The position numbers were made by a program, and so were the translations under genes. Shown piece after piece: positions 40,540 through 51,162 of a stretch of DNA of 64,000 bases (position 1 is its first letter; each line of letters starts with the position of its first letter). The DNA is from an uncultured Cytophagia bacterium (GTDB lineage: Bacteria; Zhuqueibacterota; Zhuqueibacteria; Thermofontimicrobiales; Thermofontimicrobiaceae). The notes under the pieces are model-generated. The model saw only the letters and a program-made list of their open reading frames with translations. It was not told the origin of the DNA and searched no databases. The stretch is from NCBI GenBank assembly GCA_964472785.1, contig CAYYMH010000001.1:13244-77243 (forward strand), in the 5' to 3' direction.

Positions 40540-42630
40540 TTATAAAGCACCCTGTCTGGGAATTCTTCTGAATTTTTCCAAATTATCGGTTTTCCCAGCG
40601 ACGACCAAAATATCTCCTGCCTCGAATATCCGATCAGGATCAGGTATTTCATTGCTCGGTCCGATTTCTGTTAACTTTTTCTTCACTGCTAACACTGTAA
40701 CTTTATATTTCGCACGGAGATCAAGGCTCTTGATTGATTTACCGATAAAATTATCCGGCACGGTCACGAAATCGACCTTAAAATCTTTTGGCAGTTGGAC
40801 CAGATTGCGCTTTTTTTCAGCCCCAAAATCCCGGACATATTTTACACTGAGTACATCTTTTCTCAAAATTTCTCTGTTGTATAGCTTGATAATATCTTTT
40901 CTGCATATAATTCCAATGAGTCGTTGTGTGGCTGTGTTTTCAATTACAGGTAAATGTTCGGACTCTACATGTTCGAATTTGTGCATTGCCTGGTCGAGTG
41001 TGATTTCCGGCGTGACAAATTGTTCTGTTGGCACCATTAAATCCTGTGCGATAACTAATTGATCAAGGCTTTCGGTTTCACTGAGCACACTTTTTACCAG
41101 ATGAGTAGAAAGTGAGCCTAACAACCTGCCATCTTCGGTTACCACATAATAGTACGGTTCCTGGCTATTCATGAAAATTTTAGCAATTTTTTTCAAATGA
41201 ACACCTTCATCAATGGTGGGTGGGTTTGGCTGCATTAAATCTCCGACAGAAAAAGATTTCATAATCAATTCCTCCCTACCCTGATCAAGAGAAATACCCC
41301 GCAGGCTTAGTTTAAGTGTATAAATGGAATCTTCTTTTAATCGGCGTGCTAAAATGGTGGCAATCGTACAGGCTAACATTATGGGTAGAATAATTTTATA
41401 GTCATTCGTAATTTCAAATAAAATTAAAATCGAAGTAATTGGTGCATGAGTTGCCGCAGCGACAACAGCGCCCATACCCACCATAGCATAAGCACCACTA
41501 CTCGCCGTATGAGTTGGGAAAAAATAGTTTGCCGCATGTCCAAAAGCACCTCCTACAGCCGCACCCAAAAATAATGCAGGCGCAAAAATTCCGCCTGATC
41601 CACCTGACCCCAGTGTTGTCGCTGTTGCTAACAACTTCGCCACAATCAAAAAAAGCAGCGTGTGCCAGATTAATTTTCCCTCCAACATCATACTGATTGA
41701 CTCGTATCCTCCACCAAAAACATGGGGGCTGAATACAATCAGAGCCCCTAAAGCTATGGCACCGAATGGTGTCTTGAGGTATTCTGGCATCTTAAGTTTA
41801 TCAAAAAACTTTTCACTCGCGTAAACTGACTCGATAAAAGCCAATCCCACCAATCCAGTAACCAAACCCAACAACATGTATAGCGGTATTTCCCAAACAC
41901 TAACCAATGAATATAATGGAACCGTAAAAACATGTTCGTTTCCAAAAAATGCTCTGGAAATGACCGTTGCCATCACAGAAGAAATAATGATGGGACTGAA
42001 GCTCAGCAATCCAAAATTTCCGATAATAACCTCTAATGCAAAAAATGCTCCAGCAATTGGCGCATTAAATGTTGCAGCAATTCCCGCAGCAGCACCACAT
42101 CCAACCAGTATTTTGAGTCTTTCCGGTGATACTTTCAGCCACTGTCCGACTGACGATCCGACTGCAGATCCAACTTGAATGATAGGTCCTTCCTGTCCGA
42201 CAGATCCACCTGTGCTAATAGTAATTGCGGATGCGAGGGATTTAATAACGGCAACTCGCGGTCGAATGACACCATTTTTTAAAGCGATAGCCTGCATAAC
42301 TTCCGGGACGCCATGTCCCTTTGCTTCGCGTGCAAAAAAATATACGATAGGTCCAACAATGGCGCCACCAATTACAGGCACTAAAATTTTCCACCAGACT
42401 GGTAAATTATATAACGCTTCCAAGATGCTTGTATGTTCTTTTATTGTATATGATTGAAAGAATGTGATTAATAACCTAAAACCAACAGAGAAAAAACCGC
42501 TTAATACGCCAACAATAATGCTCAGAATGAGAACATAAGTTGTCTGACTAAATTGAGTGTAATTGATAAAAGCGTCACTTAGTCTTTTTATCCAATTCTT
42601 CGGTAATATTTTTAGCTTTTCCATTTTCAA
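40540..42630 (-). CDS. ClC-family chloride channel / H+-Cl- antiporter with a C-terminal CBS pair and TrkA-C domain
   Basis: GSGIP-like and GQEGP selectivity motifs, about 10 TM helices, CBS and RCK_C tail. Confidence 0.88.
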   Translation of the reverse strand: MKMEKLKILPKNWIKRLSDAFINYTQFSQTTYVLILSIIVGVLSGFFSVGFRLLITFFQSYTIKEHTSILEALYNLPVWWKILVPVIGGAIVGPIVYFFAREAKGHGVPEVMQAIALKNGVIRPRVAVIKSLASAITISTGGSVGQEGPIIQVGSAVGSSVGQWLKVSPERLKILVGCGAAAGIAATFNAPIAGAFFALEVIIGNFGLLSFSPIIISSVMATVISRAFFGNEHVFTVPLYSLVSVWEIPLYMLLGLVTGLVGLAFIESVYASEKFFDKLKMPEYLKTPFGAIALGALIVFSPHVFGGGYESISMMLEGKLIWHTLLFLIVAKLLATATTLGSGGSGGIFAPALFLGAAVGGAFGHAANYFFPTHTASSGAYAMVGMGAVVAAATHAPITSILILFEITNDYKIILPIMLACTIATILARRLKEDSIYTLKLSLRGISLDQGREELIMKSFSVGDLMQPNPPTIDEGVHLKKIAKIFMNSQEPYYYVVTEDGRLLGSLSTHLVKSVLSETESLDQLVIAQDLMVPTEQFVTPEITLDQAMHKFEHVESEHLPVIENTATQRLIGIICRKDIIKLYNREILRKDVLSVKYVRDFGAEKKRNLVQLPKDFKVDFVTVPDNFIGKSIKSLDLRAKYKVTVLAVKKKLTEIGPSNEIPDPDRIFEAGDILVVAGKTDNLEKFRRIPRQGAL

Positions 42631-42680
42631 CTTCAGTATCCAAATTTAGTAAACAATAAATTTTCAATTCCGATAATATA

Positions 42681-44021
42681 CTACCTAATTAATATCAACC
42701 TCAAATCCATCACATTGGTATTCGTGGGGCCTGTTATGATTAAATCATCCAATTGCTCAAAAAAATGATATGAATCGTTCTCTTTTAAATAATTTTCCGG
42801 CTTTAGCTTTTTCTGCATCGCTCGCTCCACAGTATAATTGTCCGCGATTGCGCCGGCAGCTTCTGTAGGGCCATCAGTGCCATCGGTCCCCGCACTTAAC
42901 ATCACAGTGGACGGAAAATTCGAGATATCCATAGCAGCCGCCAAAACAAATTCTTGATTACGACCACCTTTACCTTGTCCTTTAATCGTCACGGTCGTTT
43001 CACCTCCGGAAATAACACAGGCAGGAATCGAGATCGGATTGCCTGTCTTATGAATTTCTTTGGCAATGGCGGCGTGGACGCGAGCCACATCTTTCGTTTC
43101 CCCTTCGACAAAAGTGGATAAAATTAACGTATTGTACCCGAGTTGCTCTGCTTTTTCCTTTGCAGCCAACACTGCCTGTAAATTGCTCCCCACGATGACG
43201 TTGTATGTTTTTTCAAACGCAGTGTCATTTTCCTTGGGTGTTTCCGGTATTTGATGCTGCGCTCCGGATTTGAGATGGTTTTCCACTGTTGCCGGAATTT
43301 TCCCCAGGAGCTCATATTTCTCTAAAATATTAATACAATCTCCAAAAGTCGAATTATCGGGCGCTGTTGGTCCCGAAGCAATACTGTCCAACGGATCTCC
43401 GATTACATCGGATAAAATCAACGTTATCAGCGTCGCAGGGTAAACAGCTCTGGCAAATTGTCCGCCTTTGACTTTGGATATATGTTTTCGAATGGCATTT
43501 ATTTCGGTAATATCGGCGCCACACGACAAAAGCAATTTTGTGGTGTGTTGCTTTTCCTCCAGAGAAATACCTGTTTGAGGAGACGGAAATATCGCAGACC
43601 CTCCACCAGAAATCACACAAACAACCAAGTCGGTTTCTCCGCAGTTTTGTACTAAATTAATAATTTCATCAGTGCCTTTTATCCCGGCCTCATCAGGAAC
43701 CGGGTGTCCGGCTTCGTTGATTTTTATCTTTTGACTGACCTCGTCCAAATGTCCATATTTCACATTTACGATTCCGGCTGTCAGTTTAGCGCCCAGCACA
43801 TTTTCAACTCCTTTTGCCATGGAAGCCGCAGCCTTTCCAAATCCGACTAAATAGATATTCTCAAAATCGTCTATGGAAAACTTGTGACCGTTTAACTCCA
43901 GAGTTTCTCCTCTTAACTGCAAATAATTCTGCACCGCCAGCGTTGGATCTACAGCCTTCAGCGAAGTAAGAAAAATATCATTTGCTTGTTTGCGCATTTT
44001 TTTTAAATTATCACTTAACAT
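42681..44021 (-). CDS. glycerate 2-kinase (MOFRL family)
   Basis: DUF4147 plus MOFRL architecture with VISGGGSA and GTDGTDGPT motifs. Confidence 0.78.
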   Translation of the reverse strand: MLSDNLKKMRKQANDIFLTSLKAVDPTLAVQNYLQLRGETLELNGHKFSIDDFENIYLVGFGKAAASMAKGVENVLGAKLTAGIVNVKYGHLDEVSQKIKINEAGHPVPDEAGIKGTDEIINLVQNCGETDLVVCVISGGGSAIFPSPQTGISLEEKQHTTKLLLSCGADITEINAIRKHISKVKGGQFARAVYPATLITLILSDVIGDPLDSIASGPTAPDNSTFGDCINILEKYELLGKIPATVENHLKSGAQHQIPETPKENDTAFEKTYNVIVGSNLQAVLAAKEKAEQLGYNTLILSTFVEGETKDVARVHAAIAKEIHKTGNPISIPACVISGGETTVTIKGQGKGGRNQEFVLAAAMDISNFPSTVMLSAGTDGTDGPTEAAGAIADNYTVERAMQKKLKPENYLKENDSYHFFEQLDDLIITGPTNTNVMDLRLILIR

Positions 44022-44225
44022 GTTATGCCGCCCCTCTCTCGTCAGTTATCAGTTAATAAATTTGAATATACAAATTTATATAATAAAAACAAATATTTTC
44101 TTCAAAGATTAACCAAATTTCATGTAAAAGTTATTGTCAAAAAAACCAACACAAAATTTTTTTGATTCCCAGATTTTCATATTAAGTGAATTAAAAGCCC
44201 AAATGTATAATAAAGGTAAACCCCA

Positions 44226-45410
44226 ATGGATGAGATTTTTAAAATTATCGACAAAGAAGAGCAAAATTTAATCAAGTTGAGAAGGGAATTTCATCAAATA
44301 CCAGAAACCGGTTTTCAGGAATTTAAAACTTCAGATAAAATCATTCAGTTTCTGAAACGAATAGGCGTAGATGACATTCAGCCTGTTGCCGGTACGGGTG
44401 TGATCGGAGTATTGAAAGGTCGAAGTGATCAAAAGACCATTCTCTATCGCGCTGACATCGATGGTTTACCGATTGAGGAAGAAAATGATGTGACTTATCG
44501 CTCTCAACATCCCGGCAAAATGCACGCCTGCGGACATGATGCGCACATCGCCATGGCTCTGGTAACCTGTTCAATGTTATCCAGATTCAAAGACAAACTA
44601 AACGGAAATGTGAAATTTGTATTTCAGCCAGCCGAGGAAACCGTGGATGGCGCGAAAAAGGTCATCGAGGCCGGGGCATTGGAAAATCCGAAAGTAGATG
44701 CCGCGATTGGTTTTCACGTGTGGAATAATCTACAGATCGGAAAAATCTCTATTCAACAGGGTCCGATTATGGCGGCATCCAATCATCTCAACATTAACAT
44801 TATGGGCAAAGAAGCACACGGAGCAAAACCACACGAAGGCATCGATCCGATTTTAGCAGCAGCCCAATTAATTCAACAGCTTCATTCGATAGTTCATAGA
44901 AAAATTTCTATTGACGATAAATTTGTAATTAGCATCGGGAAAATCTCCGGTGGCACTGCCAGAAATATTATTGCAAAACAAGTGGATTTGCAGGGGATTA
45001 TCCGCACCTTTGATTCGGCAACCAGATCTCGAATTGAGCGGGAGATAAAAAATACTGGACATGGTTTGGAAAAAAGTCATGGCGTCAAGGTAAACATTGA
45101 TAATATGGAAACGGTTCCGGCATTGGTTAATGATGAAAAAATGGTCAACTATGCAAAGAAGTCAGCACAAAAATTTATCGATCCGGAAAATATCGTGGCG
45201 ATAGAAAAGCAATTCGGCAGTGAAGACGTTGCACTTTTCTTTCAAAAGGTTCCGGGTTGCTACATTATTCTGGGAAGCGGAAATACTGCAACGGGGCTTA
45301 ATCAACCTCATCACAATTCAAAATTTGATATTGATGAACGTTGCTTGATTACTGGAGTAAAAATTGCCGTAGATATGATCCTCTCATTCCTGACTCAAAA
45401 AAACGATTGA
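44226..45410 (+). CDS. M20D-family amidohydrolase (N-acyl-amino-acid / hippurate hydrolase-like)
   Basis: metal-binding HACGHDAH and M20 fold. Confidence 0.85.
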   Translation: MDEIFKIIDKEEQNLIKLRREFHQIPETGFQEFKTSDKIIQFLKRIGVDDIQPVAGTGVIGVLKGRSDQKTILYRADIDGLPIEEENDVTYRSQHPGKMHACGHDAHIAMALVTCSMLSRFKDKLNGNVKFVFQPAEETVDGAKKVIEAGALENPKVDAAIGFHVWNNLQIGKISIQQGPIMAASNHLNINIMGKEAHGAKPHEGIDPILAAAQLIQQLHSIVHRKISIDDKFVISIGKISGGTARNIIAKQVDLQGIIRTFDSATRSRIEREIKNTGHGLEKSHGVKVNIDNMETVPALVNDEKMVNYAKKSAQKFIDPENIVAIEKQFGSEDVALFFQKVPGCYIILGSGNTATGLNQPHHNSKFDIDERCLITGVKIAVDMILSFLTQKND

Positions 45411-45465
45411 TATAGCAATTCAGGGCTTGGAAAAAATTTATTTCCAATCAGATATTTTAAATGGA

Positions 45466-46752
45466 CTATTTTAAAATTGGCTCTAAATTTCGAATACGAC
45501 ACGGCAAACCACCGTTCTGAAACTCGCACTCATCCCAGTAAAAACACTTCACCGAACAAATTATCTCGCTCTCTTTTCCCTGATTAGGCGGATATCCCTG
45601 GGCTTGCGCCTGAATCTTACGCCGAATTTGCCATTTTGAAAAAAAGGCATCAACTTTTCGTTTTTTGAATAATTTGAGGGTAATTATTTTAGCGATGCTG
45701 CGCGATGCCGGAGATTTCGGATCATTGAGAATAAAAGGTCTCAACTCTTTTACCGATTTCCGCATATTTTCATCATAATCCACATAGCCTAAATAATCTA
45801 AATCAACTGAAAGTAACTCACCAAGTGCTGTTTTGATTGCCATGCCTTCTTTTATCTCATCAGGTTCCATGACCATATTTAAAATTAATCGCGGCCGAAA
45901 GCTCATGACCACATTTTCAATACGACTGGCCATTTCTGTACTTTTCTTCCGCGCCCTTTCGAGAATTTTGTCGACAGTAGAATTAATCTGAATCAGATTG
46001 CTGTCGCCATCAAGCTCAAGTAAAGATAATATCTCCGGCTCATTTTTAAAAGCCTGCTGAAGTTTTCGGAGCAGGCAAAGTTTTATAAATTCAAACGCTT
46101 CCTGAATTGCCATCGGTTCCGGTGTTGTGACCACAATCGATTCATCCACTGACAGGAAAAAGTCTATCACATTGTATGATGTGCCGGCACCCAAATCCAT
46201 AATGACATAATCGGCGGGTAACTCTTCCAACTCACGTATCAATCGTTGTTTTTGGGAATATTTAGGATTTGCCATGCCAAGTGTTCCACAAGCGCCGCTG
46301 ATTAATTTCAGATTCTCAATCGGAGAGTCGAGAACAATATCCTCCAGCGTTTCCCGATTCATGGTATAATAATCAAAAAAGGTATATTCCGGCTCCAAAA
46401 TTCCCATACAGGTATGTAAATTCGCGCCGCCGAAGTCAGCGTCAACTAAAATAACTTCTTTGTCCATTGCAGCCAAGCCAACTCCCAGAGAAGCACTGAT
46501 AACGGTTTTGCCCACGCCGCCTTTTCCGCTTGCCACTGCGATTATCTTTCGTTTCGTATCTTCAATTGCATTGGTTGAAAACAGCTTTTTTATTTGATCC
46601 AAATTTTCCGCTTTAATCCAATCACCATATTCTTCATTCCATACATAATCGTTGAGCGAAAACTTGCCTTTTCTGACCAATGTTCTTAATTCTGTCTGCG
46701 ACATTGGTCCATACTGTTTCTCATTCACACGGACCATTAAGTTGCCCTTCAT
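45466..46752 (-). CDS. ParA/MinD/Mrp-like P-loop ATPase with an N-terminal DUF4339-like domain and a C-terminal Cys4 cluster
   Basis: deviant Walker A AVASGKGGVGKT; C-terminal CSVKC-x5-C-x8-C. Confidence 0.6.
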   Translation of the reverse strand: MKGNLMVRVNEKQYGPMSQTELRTLVRKGKFSLNDYVWNEEYGDWIKAENLDQIKKLFSTNAIEDTKRKIIAVASGKGGVGKTVISASLGVGLAAMDKEVILVDADFGGANLHTCMGILEPEYTFFDYYTMNRETLEDIVLDSPIENLKLISGACGTLGMANPKYSQKQRLIRELEELPADYVIMDLGAGTSYNVIDFFLSVDESIVVTTPEPMAIQEAFEFIKLCLLRKLQQAFKNEPEILSLLELDGDSNLIQINSTVDKILERARKKSTEMASRIENVVMSFRPRLILNMVMEPDEIKEGMAIKTALGELLSVDLDYLGYVDYDENMRKSVKELRPFILNDPKSPASRSIAKIITLKLFKKRKVDAFFSKWQIRRKIQAQAQGYPPNQGKESEIICSVKCFYWDECEFQNGGLPCRIRNLEPILK

Positions 46753-47452
46753 AGCAAATCCTCATATCTTATAAAATAAATCGATAGTTTCAATTTAGGT
46801 GCTCTAACTTTTAAGGCACTAAAAATGTGCAAAAATTGTACCTGGTTTTATAATATTTAGAGACATATAATTTGATACACTAAAAATAAAAGTAATTGAT
46901 TAAATTAAAGAACCCTAACTCTATTTAATCTCTCAAGTATATATTTATCATTTAATTAGATGTTGATTTGAATTCTACCTCTTCTTTTTTCTCATTAATC
47001 ACTTGATGCTTTTTACAGAATGTTAATAGCTGCTTTCAAATTGAAACAGAATTATTCATCAACATTTTGCCTTAACTCTTTTTAAATTAATTATTAATAA
47101 TTTATACATTTATTAACTTACTAAATATATTGATTAAAACAGTGATGCACGTCAACTTTTCGCTTTTTTTCAATAAAATGATTGTCGTATATTAGTCAGT
47201 GATGTGGATGATATTTTGCCACTGACTCGATTATAAATCAAAAATTCGTTTTTCTGAGCCGAATGAATTCATTTATAATCGTAAAACTCCACCCTTTATT
47301 GTATCAGTGTAAAACAGAATTTAAAAATTGCACAATCAAAATCTTGATTTTTTGGATTTATTTTATTACATTGATATGAAAATTTTTCTAAACTGAACAT
47401 TTCAAAGTTTACCAATAAATTAAAACATCAGGCTAAATATTAAGGAGTTTTT

Positions 47453-47983
47453 TTGAACAGAAATTTGAAAATTACTATTTTGACGCTGATTGTTCTTTTG
47501 TGTACCAGTTGTGATTTGACCACCAAATGGATGGCAAAGCGCCATCTGCAATCATCAGCGCCGATACAAATTATTAATAACTATTTCGAATTACACTACA
47601 CCGAAAACACCGCCATCGCCTTTAGCATGCTCCGCTCTGTTGAGGCCGGTTTTCGCAAATGGATTATCTACAGCTTAACCTTGTTCGCGACCCTGTTTCT
47701 TTCGATCCTGATCTGGAAATCGAGAAATTATCCGTTTTGCTGGTTACTATCTCTCATGTTAATTTTATCAGGCGCTCTCGGAAATATCGGTGAACGGATG
47801 TTCCGCGGGTACGTTGTGGACTTTATTCATGTGCACTATCAACATAAATGGAGTTGGCCTGTTTTCAATATCGCTGATGTGCTGATAACCTGCGGCGCTA
47901 TTTTTTTGGCAATTTTAACATTGTTCAAAAATCCCGAAGAAACCGTTGTGAAAAAAAACTTAAGTAATGAGGATGCAAGATGA
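47453..47983 (+). CDS. lspA: lipoprotein signal peptidase (signal peptidase II)
   Basis: conserved FNIADVLI Asp motif and 4 TM segments. Confidence 0.88.
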   Translation: MNRNLKITILTLIVLLCTSCDLTTKWMAKRHLQSSAPIQIINNYFELHYTENTAIAFSMLRSVEAGFRKWIIYSLTLFATLFLSILIWKSRNYPFCWLLSLMLILSGALGNIGERMFRGYVVDFIHVHYQHKWSWPVFNIADVLITCGAIFLAILTLFKNPEETVVKKNLSNEDAR

Positions 47984-48720
47984 ATTTTGGAGATTTACCC
48001 GAGTTTAAGCCCGATATTGACCAGCTAAAACAACAATTGGAAGCATTATTTGAAAAGCATGATATTAGCCGATTTGAGCCGGACGATATTATCGAACTAT
48101 TGGAAGATGGTGAAGCTGTTGACTGGGTGATCGAACAGATTTTGCAGGATGACGATAGCATTGATCAAAATAAAGCGGCTGAGTTACTTGGTTCCATTCG
48201 AAACATTGTTGGGCCAAGTGAACAGGAAATTGAGGAAGAAAAAGCCGCCGAGTTGCCAGAGGAACAGATTACTGAAAAGGAACAATCCGAGCCTGTTGCG
48301 GAAGATCAGCCTTTAGATATGTCTCAGCTTGATTTTTCTCAATTGGGTCCGGAACTGGAAGCTATGACCGGGATGAAGCTTCCTAAAGACATGGACATGA
48401 ATCAGATCAAAAAATTCATGCAAGGGTCGCAGGGAAAATTAATGACCGATTTTGCCCAATGGTGTCAGGAACAAAATATCGACATGGCTTCTATTTCTGA
48501 TCAAACAAGGATTCATGAATTAAATGAGCAATACATGCAAACGCCTCGTCCCGCATTTGATGGTCAAACACCAGCAGAAGCAACCGATGGGGAACAATCT
48601 TTATTAGGATTTAAAAAAGTTGAGACTGTGCGTCGTGAACAACCCAAAGTGGGGAGAAACGACCCCTGTCCGTGCGGAAGCGGTAAAAAATATAAAAAAT
48701 GTTGTGGAAAAGGCAAATAA
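47980..48720 (+). CDS. acidic protein with a C-terminal SEC-C metal-binding motif; translationally coupled to lspA through an ATGA overlap
   Basis: C-terminal [16 protein letters not shown]. Confidence 0.6.
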   Translation: MNFGDLPEFKPDIDQLKQQLEALFEKHDISRFEPDDIIELLEDGEAVDWVIEQILQDDDSIDQNKAAELLGSIRNIVGPSEQEIEEEKAAELPEEQITEKEQSEPVAEDQPLDMSQLDFSQLGPELEAMTGMKLPKDMDMNQIKKFMQGSQGKLMTDFAQWCQEQNIDMASISDQTRIHELNEQYMQTPRPAFDGQTPAEATDGEQSLLGFKKVETVRREQPKVGRNDPCPCGSGKKYKKCCGKGK

Positions 48721-49322
48721 AATGATCAATTGGAATTTGAAAAAAATAGGTCGATTTATTCAATAATGATTAAACATATTTTTGTAATCCCCTTAAAAAT
48801 TCTCATTCACCCTAATCCGGATAAACCGGAAACGCAAAATAACACCTTTTGATTAGCTATGCGTTTTCGCCATTAGGCAACTTTGGTAATTGTTTATCTA
48901 AATTTGAAATTCATTTGATATTCAAAATTTGTGTATTTTAATTTTTCTACCAAAAACATACTGAATTTGACCTTCCAGTAATAAATCATTATGAGTCAAA
49001 TTCATTTTGTACTTGACAATAAACATATTTTTTCTTATCATATATTCAAGAAGATTCGGGATCAATAAAACTTTAACGAGGGTCAATGATTATGAAAAAA
49101 CTGCTCGTTTTTCTTGATTCGACGTGACATATTTAAAATCATTCTTTTAATTTTTAGAATTCACTGCGAACATGTCCCAACAGACCTCATCGGATAATGA
49201 GTAACACCTGCCAGAACTGACCCTTTCGAATTGGTTTTATCGGAGCCGTGATTTCTAATTTAAAATAAAATCATTTCCAAAATCGAATAATCTCCCAAAC
49301 CACAAACTTCGGAGACTGAAAC

Positions 49323-49877
49323 ATGACCGAGAACAGTAAGCATTGGGAAATGACCAACATCAGGTTCGGATTTATTGTCTATGAAAAATGCTATCAAACA
49401 GGAGAATTGAGGACTTATTTTTCAGTTGAAGACAACCCAATTTTAGGTGATCGTTATCGTGAAGGAAAAAAACACTGGACGCGAGTAGAGAATGCCCAAT
49501 CGTTTCAATTTGATCTGTTAAACAGGGAGACTGGTAACACGATCAAATTTGATGATCTCATGGGTTTACTTTACTGCACCGAATGCAGAGAAGAATGTGA
49601 ATTATTCAAATTACAAAAAAAACATGAAGCCGAAAAAACAATGGTGATCGTTGCTTTCGGATTTTTCCCTCAAGCGATAAAAAATCCCGTCCCACAGGAA
49701 AAATTAGATGTGCTGACTGATTATTTCAACCAACGACGGGATACGACTCGGTCGAAAATTAAAGTCTTACCTTTCAACTTGATTGACGATCTCTCCCGCT
49801 GCCGTGGAGAATTTTTACACGATGTGGACATGCTCTCAAAAGAGCCGCCACCAAAAGAAAGAAGGCGCTTATTCTAA
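49323..49877 (+). CDS. hypothetical protein, 184 aa, immediately upstream of the sensor module
   Basis: ORF only; no motif recognised. Confidence 0.45.
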   Translation: MTENSKHWEMTNIRFGFIVYEKCYQTGELRTYFSVEDNPILGDRYREGKKHWTRVENAQSFQFDLLNRETGNTIKFDDLMGLLYCTECREECELFKLQKKHEAEKTMVIVAFGFFPQAIKNPVPQEKLDVLTDYFNQRRDTTRSKIKVLPFNLIDDLSRCRGEFLHDVDMLSKEPPPKERRRLF

Positions 49878-49918
49878 ACAAAAAATTATATGACACACGT
49901 AAACCAGGGAGTGAATGA

Positions 49919-50257
49919 ATGACTACAAAAGAATTGTGCGATCAGATGAATTTCAAACAGTTGAGCAAATTTTCTCATAAAGATATCAGTGGCGTCTATG
50001 TATCGGATATGATAAGTGATGTTATGGCTGGAGCGAAATCCGGGGACCTATGGCTGACCATTCAAACTCACAAGAGCATTGTACCGGCGGCTAATCTGGT
50101 TGACGTTTCTGCAGTTGTTATCACAGGCGGAAAACAAGTGCCGCAAGATACCATTGATCTGGCAAGCAAACATGATATCGCGATTCTTAAGACTGATCTG
50201 CCGACTTTTGAAGTAGTAGGCAAACTTTATTCGCTTGGAATAAAGGGCTCTGAATAA
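49919..50257 (+). CDS. DRTGG-domain protein
   Basis: small alpha/beta domain with a VITGG core, typical of DRTGG proteins found in hydrogenase-regulatory (hfs-like) clusters. Confidence 0.55.
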   Translation: MTTKELCDQMNFKQLSKFSHKDISGVYVSDMISDVMAGAKSGDLWLTIQTHKSIVPAANLVDVSAVVITGGKQVPQDTIDLASKHDIAILKTDLPTFEVVGKLYSLGIKGSE

Positions 50258-50333
50258 TTGTATCCATGCAGCATTTCTATTGAAAAAACAATAAAAAATC
50301 AAAAAAAACTAAATTAGTAATCCATGGCCGGTC

Positions 50334-51131
50334 ATGGAAATCAAAACGATTAAAGATGCTTTAAATGCTACCGTGCTTGTGGGTGAAAACGGATTGGAAT
50401 CGACCTTCGAACATGTTTATGCCTCTGATTTAATGAGCGATGTGCTTGCGTTTGGTAAACCCAATTCGATCCTACTCACAGGCTTGGCAACTCAACAGGC
50501 TGTCATTTCAGCGCACATGGCTGAATTTAAGGGTGTTGTCTTTGTTCGCGGTAAGAATCCCAACGACGGATCAATACAGTTTGCTGAAAGTAACGATCTG
50601 ATCCTGCTTACAACAAAAGCCGACATGTACGATGCCTGTGTCAAAGTCGACGCCTTTAAAACCGGAAAATTATCAAAAGCAGTTACTGAGTTAACTGAAA
50701 CAAAAACTGACGAAGTGATTTTAAGCCAGGATTTTAAGATTATGGCAGATGACTTTGCAAATGCTGGCGCTGTTTCAACGGAAATTAAATCGATATTAAA
50801 AAAAATAGGCTTTGATCCCAAAATCATCCGGAGGGTTGCTATTTCCACTTATGAAGCAGAAATGAATGTTGTGATGCATGCGGAACAAGGTAAAGTCAAT
50901 TTATCCATTACCCCCGAATATATTCAAGTACTTATCGATGATGTGGGAAAGGGTATTCCAGATATTGAAATGGCTTTGAAGGAAGGATACACCACCGCAA
51001 CCGATGAAATGAGAGCCATGGGATTTGGCTCAGGCATGGGATTGCCTAATATCAATAAAAATACTGATGAAATGAATCTGGAAAGTGAGATCGGAAAAGG
51101 AACGAGGCTGGAACTAAAATTTAAAATTTAA
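50334..51131 (+). CDS. DRTGG domain fused to a GHKL-type ATPase (RsbW/SpoIIAB-like serine kinase / anti-sigma regulatory factor)
   Basis: N-box YEAEMNVVMHAE, G1 IDDVGKGIPD and G2 GFGSGMGL in the C-terminal half. Confidence 0.65.
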   Translation: MEIKTIKDALNATVLVGENGLESTFEHVYASDLMSDVLAFGKPNSILLTGLATQQAVISAHMAEFKGVVFVRGKNPNDGSIQFAESNDLILLTTKADMYDACVKVDAFKTGKLSKAVTELTETKTDEVILSQDFKIMADDFANAGAVSTEIKSILKKIGFDPKIIRRVAISTYEAEMNVVMHAEQGKVNLSITPEYIQVLIDDVGKGIPDIEMALKEGYTTATDEMRAMGFGSGMGLPNINKNTDEMNLESEIGKGTRLELKFKI

Positions 51132-51162
51132 AAAATAATAGTTATAAAATAAGGTCGAGTCT

